NCBI RefSeq assembly: GCF_001194135.2
Contig: NC_068998.1
Location: 43,932,611 to 43,996,610 of the forward strand
DNA: 64,000 nt
Direction: 5' to 3'
Source of the DNA: Octopus bimaculoides
Taxonomy: Eukaryota
The position numbers were made by a program, and so were the translations under genes. Below, one piece after another: positions 13,061 to 24,159 of this stretch (position 1 is its first letter; each line of letters starts with the position of its first letter). Below the pieces are notes generated by a model. It made no database searches. It was not told where the DNA came from and was given only the letters and a program-made list of their open reading frames with translations.

Positions 13061-13784
13061 CACTAACACATCTATACTTACACAGCTTGGGGAATATTGA
13101 AGTTTTATCTCACTTTAGCCAATTCTGTTTTGCTATCATATTTCATGAGGCATTTAGTTTTTGTTAACAATCATACATATACATGTGCGTGTGTATGTGT
13201 GTGCGCGCTTATATAAATCTTATGTATTGTTTTGTTATCATTAAGTCTTATATACATTCTTCAGCATTTGTTTCGTTTTTCTATATAGCTTTGTAATTTC
13301 ATGAATATATTAATCTATATACAATTACACACATGTATACATTCATCATATACGTATGTATTTATGTACGTGTCGTAAATAAATGTTTAGATAATTAAAT
13401 ATTAATTAGCTTTTTAAAATATTGTAGAAAAATTATATATTGGAAAGAAATATGAGATGTTAATGAAAAATATAATCTTATATTCATCATCATCACCATG
13501 ATCACCATTATCATAACAAATAGTTTGCACAATACATATGATAGCTACTGGATCTTTCATTGCTAGCTGAATCTCAACAGCAGCCTCAGCTAGACATCAC
13601 TTTTTCTGGTTCCGTGTTCAGTTCTTAACGAGGCAGTCTTTTTAAGGTGAGCAATTCATGATCTGAAGTTGATCAGTTCATGCTAACCTCTCAGTCTCGG
13701 CGATATCAGCTCAGAATTTTCTATGATGACATGGGTTATTTAGATGTTTGGTAGTTTTGTCAACTAGACAACATCAGGATAGAA

Positions 13785-13929
13785 TACATTATTTACATTT
13801 GACGGATATTTGTCCTCATCTTGTTTGTTGTTAACACAACGTTTCGGCTCATATACCCTCCAGCCTTCATCAGGTGTCTTGGGGAAATTTCAAACCTGTG
13901 TTCTCATTCCTAAGGTATTTTCAATGTTG

Positions 13930-13978
<49 letters not shown>

Positions 13979-14041
13979 AGTCACTGCCTGGAAACGAACT
14001 CGGAATCTTGGGATTAGTAGCCTGTGCTCTTAACCACTATG
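13785..14041 (-). mobile_element. SINE-like element family D: tRNA-like head + (AAT)n linker + hammerhead tail (left arm)
   Basis: Minus strand: A box TGGCATAGTGG, B-box-like GAGTTCGTTTCC, (AAT)n, then CTGATGA...GAAAC ribozyme core. Confidence 0.8.
13833..13879 (-). ncRNA. Minimal type I hammerhead ribozyme (Penelope-type), core intact
   Basis: Minus: GACAC-CTGATGA-A-GGCT(12-nt loop)AGCC-GAAAC-GTT|GTGTT; stem I 5 bp, stem II 4 bp, palindromic AACGTT stem III. Confidence 0.75.
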
Positions 14042-14050
14042 CCATATGCT

Positions 14051-14320
14051 CATAGTGGTTAAGAGCGTGGGCTAATAACCCCAAGATTATGAGTTTGATT
14101 CCAGGCAGTGACCTGAATAATATTACTATTAATAATAATAATAACATCGAAAAATACCTTAGGAATGAGAACGCAGGTTCGAAATTTTCCCAAGACACCT
14201 GATAAAGGCTGGTGGGTATATCAACTGAAACGTTGTGTTAACAACAAACAAGATGAGGACAAATATCTGTCTAATGTAAATAAAGTACATAATTCCTCAT
14301 CTCTTAAATATAGAACTGTA
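14051..14320 (+). mobile_element. Family D element (right arm); HHR core mutated
   Basis: Reverse-complement twin of the left arm; core reads CTGATAA (14199-14205) and stem II is mismatched. Confidence 0.8.
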
Positions 14321-14559
14321 TTGGCAGGATAGAATTTCATGCAATCTCAAACCTTGTCATTATAGTCAGTTATTTCTCTCAATTCTTTTCACGGTTTTAT
14401 TTTGCTCTCCCAGAATGGCAATGTTAATAAACCGCCATTCACACTTATTTCTATTTACCACTATGATATGAAGTCCGTTGATTACAACTATAATATCAAG
14501 TCTTTGTATAGAGAAATATCATAGTATCTTGGATTTCTCTCTGCTATCTAGGACACATT

Positions 14560-15170
14560 GTGGACAATAATGATACCACTTAAACACCAGATGACCATAC
14601 TTTTAACACAGACTCCAATTAAGTTATGGTCATTGTTTGTCCTGTCTTCTTTATCATTCCTTTGGAGTTAGTATTTTACACTCATTTACCATATTAGTGA
14701 CACTTAACTGCACTAATTCCATTAAGATGACGCTGATCACTTTCACGAAGAAGGAAAGCCATTCCCTAGACTAGTGAGTTTTTAACTTCGGTGTTTGATG
14801 CTCACAGTTGCCATGCAATAACTTCCAATTAATACTATCGTTTTCTCCAGAGAGACTCACCTCTTTAACTCTTCTCCTATCTTTTCCTCTACTTGGCCCA
14901 TTTTAATTAATGATCTACTATTCATTCTCAATACATTCTGTCTCACTTATTAAATTTCTTCCTCCACTTGTGCGTTTCATGTCTAGCACTTCACACATAC
15001 CTGAATTACATTTACTTTTGGATCTAATATCCCGTGCATGATCTTCTTCTCTGATCCATTCCATTAATCCCAGCTTTACTCTACTTGATGATCCTAGCAG
15101 TGTAATACAACTCAAGTGGTTACAGTGAGAATCAAGTTACTTTCACGGGCTCCCTTGTATTTAGACTAAA
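14560..15170 (-). mobile_element. Decayed RTE-like LINE, APE endonuclease region
   Basis: Ordered remnants IMHGILDPKVNVIQV (IIQVYAP), LIKMGQVEEKIGEE (GDFNAKIG) and NNDHNLI (SDH) across stops and frameshifts. Confidence 0.5.
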
Positions 15171-15259
15171 CTCTCCTTCAGCCATCCAGCTCAGTGCCTC
15201 CCTCTATGCAACGCATTAAGATAATTGCCCTTTCTATACGTTGACTTAAAATATGTAAT

Positions 15260-15292
15260 CCAGTATGTTGGGGCGATAAACACAGACGCACG

Positions 15293-15324
<32 letters not shown>

Positions 15325-15497
15325 CACATATATACGATGGGATTCTTTCAGCTTCCATCTACCAAATCCACTCACAAGGCTTTGGTTGGCCCAAAGCTAT
15401 AGTAGAAGACACTTGCCCAAGGTGCCACAAAGTGGGACTGAACTCGGAATCATGTGGTTTGTAAGCAAGCTCCGAACCACACAGCCACTCCTATGCC
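15260..15497 (-). mobile_element. SINE family A, 5' part
   Basis: CCAAATCCACTCACAAGGCTTTGG...GACACTTGCCCAAGGTGCCAC. Confidence 0.85.
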
Positions 15498-15713
15498 TTT
15501 ACATTGTCTTTTCTGACCACATAACTCTCAGCAATTAGATTTTTTTTAAAATATTCACTACATTATGTTAATTCTAAAGCTTAAATATTGTTATTTATGT
15601 GGATATCATCTATGAGTAATTACTATTAATTTATTTTTTAAACTTAATGTTTTGCAATATTATACATTGATGTGGAAATACATTCACAAATTGCTTCAAA
15701 AATTATGGCAAAG

Positions 15714-16168
15714 NNNNNNNNNNNNNNNNNNNNNNNNNNNNNNNNNNNNNNNNNNNNNNNNNNNNNNNNNNNNNNNNNNNNNNNNNNNNNNNNNNNNNNN
15801 NNNNNNNNNNNNNNNNNNNNNNNNNNNNNNNNNNNNNNNNNNNNNNNNNNNNNNNNNNNNNNNNNNNNNNNNNNNNNNNNNNNNNNNNNNNNNNNNNNNN
15901 NNNNNNNNNNNNNNNNNNNNNNNNNNNNNNNNNNNNNNNNNNNNNNNNNNNNNNNNNNNNNNNNNNNNNNNNNNNNNNNNNNNNNNNNNNNNNNNNNNNN
16001 NNNNNNNNNNNNNNNNNNNNNNNNNNNNNNNNNNNNNNNNNNNNNNNNNNNNNNNNNNNNNNNNNNNNNNNNNNNNNNNNNNNNNNNNNNNNNNNNNNNN
16101 NNNNNNNNNNNNNNNNNNNNNNNNNNNNNNNNNNNNNNNNNNNNNNNNNNNNNNNNNNNNNNNNNNNN
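15714..16168. other. Assembly gap (N run)
   Basis: 455 Ns; other large gaps at 12721-12985, 29591-29899 and 32971-33165. Confidence 1.
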
Positions 16169-16221
<53 letters not shown>

Positions 16222-16483
16222 CTGTGCGTATTTACAAGAGTGTATCTTTGTGTCTGTGTTTGTCCCCACCACCATCGCTTGACAACTAATGTTGGTGTGT
16301 TTATGCCCCCTCCCGCCCCGTAACTTAGCAGTTCAGCAAAAGAGGCACCGACAGAATAAGTATTAAGCTTACAGACAATAAGTCCCAGGGACGATTTCTT
16401 CGACTAAAAATATCCTTTAAGGCGGTGCTCCTGCATGGCCACAGTCAAATGATTGAAACAAGTAAAAGAATATAAAAGAATAA
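16169..16483 (+). mobile_element. SINE family A, 3' half after the gap
   Basis: (TG)n then CATCGCTTGACAAC...GGCGGTGCTCC...GAAACAAGTAAAAG. Confidence 0.85.
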
Positions 16484-16489
16484 AGAAGT

Positions 16490-16610
16490 GCTGAGCACTT
16501 GAAATGGACACAACTTGCAAAAGATGGGAGACCTAGAAAAATATGACTCGAAGTGGTGAAGAATCATTTCACAAAACTGAACTTCACAAAGGAGATGATT
16601 AAAAGAATAA
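16490..16610 (+). mobile_element. RTE LINE 3' end fragment
   Basis: RPRKI*LEVVKNHFTKLNFTKEMIK resembles the RTE C-terminal GRPRKTW.EVV..D...L.LT.EM. Confidence 0.6.
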
Positions 16611-17423
16611 ACAAACAAACTCTATGATGAGTTTGAATATGCGATGCTTATATATCAATGCCACTGATATAAGCATTGGACGATGGTCATTGAAATAGTG
16701 GTGGACACTCTTATTCAGTCCCATCATGACTGTATAACAGCCAATAGCATCGGTTCTCTCCCTATTCATTATATCTTACCACCACCTTAACCACTATCAC
16801 TCTTTATTCACATTCACCTATCTCTCTTTCTCTCTGTTTCTCTCTCTCTCACCATCAAGCATCTTTATTGCTATCTGACACTTATTGTCATCATCTGTAT
16901 GATTACTACTACTACTACCACCACTATTATCATTACCAACATCACCACTAAAAAACGTCACTCTCCCCACTCCTGCACCAATGTGTCTACCCACCCATGC
17001 ACCCAGTAATTCCTGTGACATGATAAGTGTCTTGAATGACAGAGCGAGTGAATGAAGAGCGGTGACTCAACAAGAAGGTCTGGTGTGTTTGTCCGGCTAA
17101 AACTTTTGTAGATAGACATCACACAGGAATACCAAACGTCTGCTGTTTACTGTTGTTGTTTTGATAGGATGGAGAGAACTCGAGAAGAACTTCAGAAAAT
17201 GTATCTATTGATCGATCATTGGAAAATTGATCAGAAATTTGGGATATTCATCTTTACTTGATGAGGTACATAACTTTTTAATGATCGTCAAAACTTGGAT
17301 AGTTTCCAGTTGAAATTCATTGATTCCATAGGTTTTTGTACACTTATGTGTATGCGTGTATTTAATTTTCTTGTTAATATTATTATTTTGCTATTAATAA
17401 TAATAATGATAATAACAATGATA

Positions 17424-17565
17424 ATGGTTTCAAATTTTAGCATAAAGCCAGAAATTTCAGGGGGAAGGAGTAAGTCGATTCCATTGACCCAAGTATTCAA
17501 CTGGTACTTATTTTTATCGACCCTGAAAGAATGAAAGACAATGTCAACCACTGCAGAATTTGAAC

Positions 17566-17566
<1 letters not shown>
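17424..17566 (-). mobile_element. SINE family B, partial
   Basis: CTGGTACTTATTTTTATCGACCCTGAAAGAATGAAAG. Confidence 0.8.
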
Positions 17567-17605
<39 letters not shown>

Positions 17606-17760
17606 GATCCTTTCTACTATAGGCACAATGTCTGAAATTTGATGGGAGGGGGCTAGTCGATTCTATCGACCCAGTGCGTAACTGGTACTTACTTTGTCGA
17701 CCCTGAAAGGATGAAAAGCAAAGTTGGCCTTGATGGAATTTGAACTCAGAATGTAAAGAC
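17606..17760 (-). mobile_element. SINE family B with (AAT)n tail at 17566-17604
   Basis: Near-consensus body up to AATGTAAAGAC. Confidence 0.85.
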
Positions 17761-18003
17761 AGCGAGCTGGTAGAATTGTTAGCACTCCAGGGGGAATGTT
17801 TAGCACCGTTTTATCCAACTTTGTGTTTTGAGTTCAAACACTTCCAGGGTCGACTTTGCCTTTCATCCTTGCAGCATTGATGAAACAAGTACCAGTTGGG
17901 CACCAGGGTCAAAGTAATCGATTTACTCCACCCCAAAATTACAGGACGTGCACTTATAGTTGAAAGAATTATTATTATCATTATTATTATTATTATTATT
18001 ATT
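17761..18003 (+). mobile_element. SINE family B, forward copy with (ATT)n tail
   Basis: GCGAGCTGGTAGAA head, GAGTTCAAA B box, GGTCGACTTTGCCTTTCATCCTT. Confidence 0.85.
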
Positions 18004-18220
18004 AATCAGAATCGTTAGCATGCTGAGCAAAATGCTTAGCAGAATTTCTTCTGTCTCTACATTCTGAGTTCAAATTACCTCAAAGTCAGTTTTGTCTTTT
18101 GTCTTTTCGAAGTCAATAAATTAAGTACCAGTGAAACACTGGGGTTGGTGTAATTGACTAGTCCCTTCCCTGCAAATTTCAGGCCTTGCACTTATAGTTG
18201 AAAGGATTATTATTATTATT
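18004..18220 (+). mobile_element. SINE family B, forward copy with (ATT)n tail
   Basis: CGTTAGCATGCTGAGCAAAATGCTTAGC...CTGAGTTCAAAT...TTGAAAGGATTATT. Confidence 0.85.
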
Positions 18221-18615
18221 ACTGAGTGAGAGAGCAGTGCATGCCATCAAAGTGACACTGGGGTAAGATATATGAAGCCCAGTATACCCATCATGACTAC
18301 CCGTCTGATAAAGGTACACCAGGCACATGCATCTCAACCATATACGCGTGACATGGTGATCTCATATCAAGATAAACAGCACATAACCTTGCAGGTGGGG
18401 CCCAGTTAGGATTTTCTTCAGGTCGAGTAACCCATCCCACTCAAAAGTCTCTGAATAAGAGTTGTTTAAGGGCTTTGAATGAAACACCCATGTTTCCAAA
18501 GATGGATTATCCAAACCCCAAAGAATTCCTCTCAACACATGGCTGTGATGCTCCCCCACTACTTCTGCTCATGATCAGAGATGCTCATATTGTCAGCCAC
18601 TAAGGGACATGCTCT
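18221..18615 (-). mobile_element. Interspersed retroposon (unnamed family G) ending in CTCTCTCACTCAG-(TAA)n
   Basis: Segment GAGCATGTCCCTTAGTGGC...CATGTGTTGAGAG recurs in the opposite orientation at ~25900-25975. Confidence 0.65.
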
Positions 18616-19077
18616 TTTATTTTCTCCAGTCATAGCCCTTGTGGCAAATAAAGAAATAAATTATTATTAGCATTATTGTACTACTTTCATCATTGTAGCT
18701 ATTTTTGTTTTTGTTTTAATTTTTTTTTTTTTGTTTACTTCAACATCAAATTGTAATTTGAATCTTATTGACTGCCACTATAATCTACATGGTACTGGAA
18801 GTTTCTTTTATTTTATTTTTGTGTCTGTCTGTTTGTCTTCATTTTCTAGCTTTGTTCGAGTATTTGTAGCTTTCAATGTTATTGTTGTTGATGTTCTTCA
18901 CTATGGCTCTTCTCCCCCCCTCTCTCTCGCATACACACACACACACACACATATACTTTTTCTCTGTCCATCTTCCAGAGACTGTTTTTGTTTTTTTGCC
19001 AAATTTCAATATTCCAATCGTGTTTTTTTTTTTTTTATTTAAACTTAAACCAAATCTAAGCTGACTGATACACACAA

Positions 19078-19120
<43 letters not shown>

Positions 19121-19469
19121 CACACATGCTCACGCGCAAATATGCATTATGAGTGTGTGTGTTTGTGTACATATGTATACATAATATATGTATGTATAAC
19201 ATTTTGAGTGACTTTAAGTGTAAGACAGATAAGTAGTTACACAGGCACGTCCACCTAAAACACATACTTACATGTCCAGGTAAATACTTATCTACACATT
19301 TCTATAAAAATACATATACACACATATACATGTAGAAAGGAATAAATTTCAAAATTTGAATGTCTATAAGAGGGGGAAAAAATTGTTGAAAAAATTCAAC
19401 AAGCTGCCAGTCAAATTCCTCGATAAAGTTTTGTGAATATGTATGTGGGTAGGTGTGTCTGTGTGCATG

Positions 19470-19474
19470 TGTAT

Positions 19475-19518
<44 letters not shown>

Positions 19519-19579
19519 ATAAATATATATATGCATATATTTATATGTATATATATGCATGTATATATGTATAAATATG

Positions 19580-19617
<38 letters not shown>

Positions 19618-19620
19618 TGT

Positions 19621-19700
<80 letters not shown>

Positions 19701-19750
19701 ATATATATGTGTATATGTATGTTTGTGTGCCTGTGTTTATATATATATAT
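19470..19750. repeat. Long (TA)n/TATG microsatellite
   Basis: Directly visible. Confidence 0.95.
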
Positions 19751-20169
19751 ATAAATATTCACACAGTGAAGCCTGTTTTATTTTTCAACTTATCTCTAAT
19801 AGAGTATAAGCCAGTTTACAACCCACTCAGTGTGTGTGTGTGGTGTATGTATATATATATATATATATATATAGATATATGTTTCTGTTTGTGTGTATAC
19901 ATTTCCATTATCATCATTGTTATGGAATTCATTGAAGTTCAATAAGATGTCCATGTCCACTATGATGGAAACGTAAAGTGAAGTAAAGTATATTTGTATA
20001 CAATTTAGTTGTGTTCAAATCTGACCATCTAACCTCAGGCAGCAAATAAAATCTGTTCCTCGATGTAATTAGTCTGTAAATGAAATTTACTAATTAGTGA
20101 ATTTACATTTACATACCAATTATTATATTAATGAAACTAAAGACTGTGGAATCCAGGAGTTTCCCATTG

Positions 20170-20755
20170 CCTCATAATAGCTCTTTGAGGTAAGATAATG
20201 ATGCATTATTGTCCCTCTCTCTTAAATTAAGTATTGTTGAGCTGGTACATGCACCTGTGATGGTGCAAGCCATGTAGCATGATGGAGTACAATTTTTGAT
20301 TCTCTCTATACATCTGACTCATTATTTAATGTACCTTGTCTACAGCTAGACATCTGTTTCTGTATCTCTGTCACACTGTAACCTTTCATCATCTGGCATA
20401 AGATCCCCTTTTCCAATGCCCCCCTCGCCTCTTAAAGATTCCTTGTCTTACAAAGTTACTTAGAGACCCTGTTGGTGCTGGTGCCACTTAAAATACATCC
20501 AGTCCACCCTGTAAAACGGTTGTCATTTGGAAGGGCATCCAGCTGACAAAACTGATTTCGCTTGTGCTGGTTCCACACAAAAAGCACTCAGCCCACTCTG
20601 TGAGGTTATTATTGGTGTTAGGAAGAGCATCCAACCATAAAAACCATGCCAAAACAATCACAGAGGTAAGATGCAGGCTCCTTCTTGGTCAGCTCCTCTC
20701 AAATCATCCAGCCCATGCCAGCATGGAAGGAGGATGTTAAACGATGATGACGATA
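20170..20755 (+). mobile_element. SINE family C, long copy with internal duplication and (ATG)n tail
   Basis: GGAAGGGCATCCAGC and GGAAGAGCATCCAAC occur twice; ends CCCATGCCAGCATGGAAG...GATGATGAC. Confidence 0.7.
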
Positions 20756-21174
20756 TAATTCTTACTATCAAAACATATTCTAGCCATGACCATTTTGGCC
20801 TTTGGTGCATCTAACACTATATAGTCCAGTGTGCTCTTCCTGTTTTTAAGATGGTGGGGTCTGATGTGAGAGTGATGTGATAGCTACTTTTAACACTTCA
20901 AGTAACAGTATTGAAGTTCCTTCAGCTGGCTTATGTATGGCTTGCCTTTTTTTAGCTCTCTACCTGTTTGTCGAACAGCTTTTGTAGGTGTCAGTCTGCC
21001 TCTCTATCTCTACCTCTGGTGTTTTCTCAGTTTATATCCTTTTCCCCCCAGATGTATTTATTTATTCATTCACTCTCACTTCCCCTCAGTCCCTAAATGA
21101 TACAGTATTTCTTTTTAATAAATTCACCATTCATAATTAGTATTGCTACTGTTGTTATCATCTTTTTTCAGTTA

Positions 21175-22180
21175 GCTCTTATTATTCACTAGTCTTATAT
21201 TCATTGTGCGCTTTCACTAAACTGTTGATCACAGCTCTGTAATATCTAGAGTATATGAAATGTTTTGTTTTTATTACTTCTATTGAATCAGCAATACTCT
21301 GTAACATGTGTGTAGTCCCTATTAAATACTATTTTATGTATGTTATGCACGTTTGGGATTTTGTTTTAGTCTGTACAATGTATTTCTATTCTCCATTTCT
21401 TTGAGAAATACAGTCATCCTTTGGGACTAAGATCACATTTTTGTTTTGGTGATCCTTAACAATGACATTTTAGTAAATTGGTCTATATCATCTAATCTGT
21501 ATGGATTAACATATCCATACAGGAATACACTACAACCATACTCCAGGATTAGCATATCCCAGAGTATGCTTGTTTTCTCATTCTCTGAGACCCCTATATG
21601 GTGTATAACTATTCCACCCTTTTTCTATTGGTATTTTGTAATGCTGGTATAATTTCTAATGCACATAAGTTCCAACTCTGTCACATCTGTGGTTATTTTG
21701 TCTTGACTAAATAAAATCGTTCTCTTTCAGACTTTGGGTTGTGAATTTTAAATGTACTCATTGTTGTTCTTGTTTCCTTGTATAGTCTTACTAAATTGAT
21801 TTGCATTCAGTTGAGAATATTATAACTGTAACTTATCACTGGGACTGTTAGAGTACTAGTGTCTGTTACCTTGCTCCTTGCTTTTAGTTCTGTTTTAAGT
21901 ATTGGTGTAACACATCTGTAATACTCCTCCTAACATTTCCTTCCATTCCAGTGTTGAATATTGTCTACTTTGTTGATTTCTAAGCATTTGTATGTCTGTG
22001 TTTGGTCGAATTCTCTTATGTCAATTTCATTATTGAGCTTGATATCAGTTCTTTTTAATTAATTTTCTTGTCTTCTAGGTTGCCTTGGAGCATTTTTATA
22101 ATCTTAATTTCATGTACTGTCTGCAGTAATATTTCCAGTTGTTTATCATCTGCAATAGAAAACTCGAGGTCATCCATATT
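21175..22180 (-). mobile_element. R4/Dong-clade non-LTR retrotransposon, 5'-truncated and internally deleted
   Basis: NMDDL (YMDDL), EEYYRCVTPILKTELKARSKVT, PVISYSYNILN, ENEKTSILWDMLI, then a 3' UTR ending in AATAATAA. Confidence 0.85.
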
Positions 22181-22224
22181 GAAAAAAAAAAAAAAATTTT
22201 TTAAATAAAAAAAAAAAATTATAG

Positions 22225-22690
22225 TGCATGTGTGTCAGTCTTGAGTTTTTCGGTAATATATATTCCTAAAATTTTTAAATCCTCTCCAAAACAACTATTG
22301 TTTATAAGGTTGTTTCTGCTTTTAGTTTCCACATTTGGCTATCTCTATTTGCAGATCTTTATATTTGAATAATTTCTCCATTTCCGTTACAGATACATTA
22401 TTGTCTGTTGGGACTGATACTTTAATCATGTAATTTTTCCTCTCCTGTTGGTTCTACACAACCCTGTCTGGCTGATTAACTTTGATGTCACTGTCTGTGT
22501 AGATTGACATAGTTGTTTTTCGTTCTCTGAAACCATTTCTCTTTTATGTTGATACTGGCTCTTCTCTATCAGTACTTCCTAACTCTGGCATAACTTCCAA
22601 TGTATCAAAATTTCCGTGTCATGCCTATAGATATATTCTGTTTTTACAAAGACTGTGCATCCAGAAACAAATGAAATAGCAATTATTTCT
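22225..22690 (-). mobile_element. R4/Dong-clade fragment: zinc knuckle/RLE endonuclease region
   Basis: SGCTVFVKTEYIYRHD...IHWKLCQ and IYTDSDIKVNQPDRVV...VSVPTDNNVSVTEMEKLFKYKDL (PD..D..KY RLE motif). Confidence 0.8.
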
Positions 22691-22862
22691 TCCAAACTGT
22701 CATTACTCTACAAATATTTAATTAATTCTACTTCAGTTCATGCTTATTATAGTCATTATAGTTTCTGGTAAAAAAAAAAAAAAAAACACAAAACCAAACA
22801 GTGATCCAGTACCACAGTTAAACATTTCTTCTGTTTTAGCTTTGGGTCTTGTAATCATTATA

Positions 22863-23096
22863 CAGTGTGCGGCAGAAAGTTTGCCCTGATTTCAAATGTT
22901 GATAAAAAAACAAACACATCAAGATGCATGAAAAAGCTTTGTATTTCTATGATGTTCATTAAATGCCATTGGTTTTTTCTGTTTCAGGTCGTACCCACCA
23001 TGGCCTCGAATGGAGAGCATTGTTTTTTTCTTGTATCTTCATGTGTTTGCCTTTTATTAACCTTTGAAATCAGGGCAAACTTTCAGCTGCATCCTG
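22863..23096. mobile_element. Tc1/mariner-type MITE, ~75-bp TIRs, TA flanks
   Basis: GAAAGTTTGCCCTGATTTCAAA is matched by TTTGAAATCAGGGCAAACTTTC; TA at 22861-62 and 23097-98. Confidence 0.85.
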
Positions 23097-24159
23097 TAGC
23101 TAATACTTGTCTATATTCCCCACATTGACCCCTGCATCCAGCCACGAAGGGACTTTACTCAATATTATTTTATCAAATCATTCTGTAATTCCATTTTAGC
23201 TCAGTTTTTAGTCTTTTTCACAATTTCTGTTGTTGTTTCTGCTTTCTCCTTGCAACAGTCTATTATTTTGATTCAATTTTGTTTTCCTATTTCTAGGATT
23301 TGTAACTGCTTCATATTAGTTTTGCATTGTTCTTCACTATATATATTTTTACAGTCCATTATTAGCATTTATAAATAATAAATAAATACAATAAATAAAA
23401 ATAAATCATCATTATTATTATTAGGGGGTAGTCATTATTGGTAGTAGTTGTAATCATAGTGGTTTTTTCCCTTTTTTTTTTGCTGTTATTGATTAATCCT
23501 GGTCTATAATACAATATGAAATACTAGGTTCATTGCTTGATATAGGTGGAATACAAGATATTTACTTAATCAATGCAAGCAGCTCTACTCTACTAACAAG
23601 TGCTTAACCATTAAAAATCTAACTAAATCTCTGTTCTTCCTGTTTCTCTCTTCTTGTTTAATTGATTATGTCTAATGTTCAGATTCTCTGACTATTTCTC
23701 ATTAAATTATCTCCAGTGAATAATATTAGTTGGATTCTAAAGACACTAGTTTTGAACCAGTTTCCAGCTTATACATATTTATTTTTTTATAAGTTTTAGA
23801 TTAAACTTTGTGAACAATGGTATCACTGATTATAGGTTTCCAACCGAGCAATCACTGGGTTAATGCATTTATGGTAGGCATAGTGACAAAAGAATCTCTT
23901 TTCTTTATTTTCTGTTTTTGTCTTTTAACGGAGGAAAGAACTGTTCTGTGGTGTTTGGCAGGGCAACCAACTGTAAAAAGCATGACAAGAAATAAAATGT
24001 TTGAGCAAGGCATTTGCTCTTAGATTGAGTAAGTTGAACAATATTATTGAAAGATATTACAATTAAATATGATGATTTTTAATCAGCAATGTCCGGTGTC
24101 TTGCTGTGCTTGACCTGTACTCCACAGCAGAAGTGTTAAGGTCACTACCCCTGATGACA

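Noticed and set aside
13622-13646. 25-nt microexon candidate with AAG|GTGAGC donor
   Set aside because: Too short to assess; two of three frames are closed; no supporting context.
13975-14115. tRNA genes at SINE heads (also 36220 and 61385)
   Set aside because: A/B boxes are present but no complete acceptor stem, and they continue into repeat bodies; called as SINE heads.
14998-15090. Minus-strand symmetric exon candidate (SSSRVKLGLMEW...)
   Set aside because: Another frame of the same bases fits the decayed RTE endonuclease better.
20340-20400. Minus-strand ATGATGA...GAAAC motif
   Set aside because: Core C absent and no closing stem II; part of a SINE-associated repeat.
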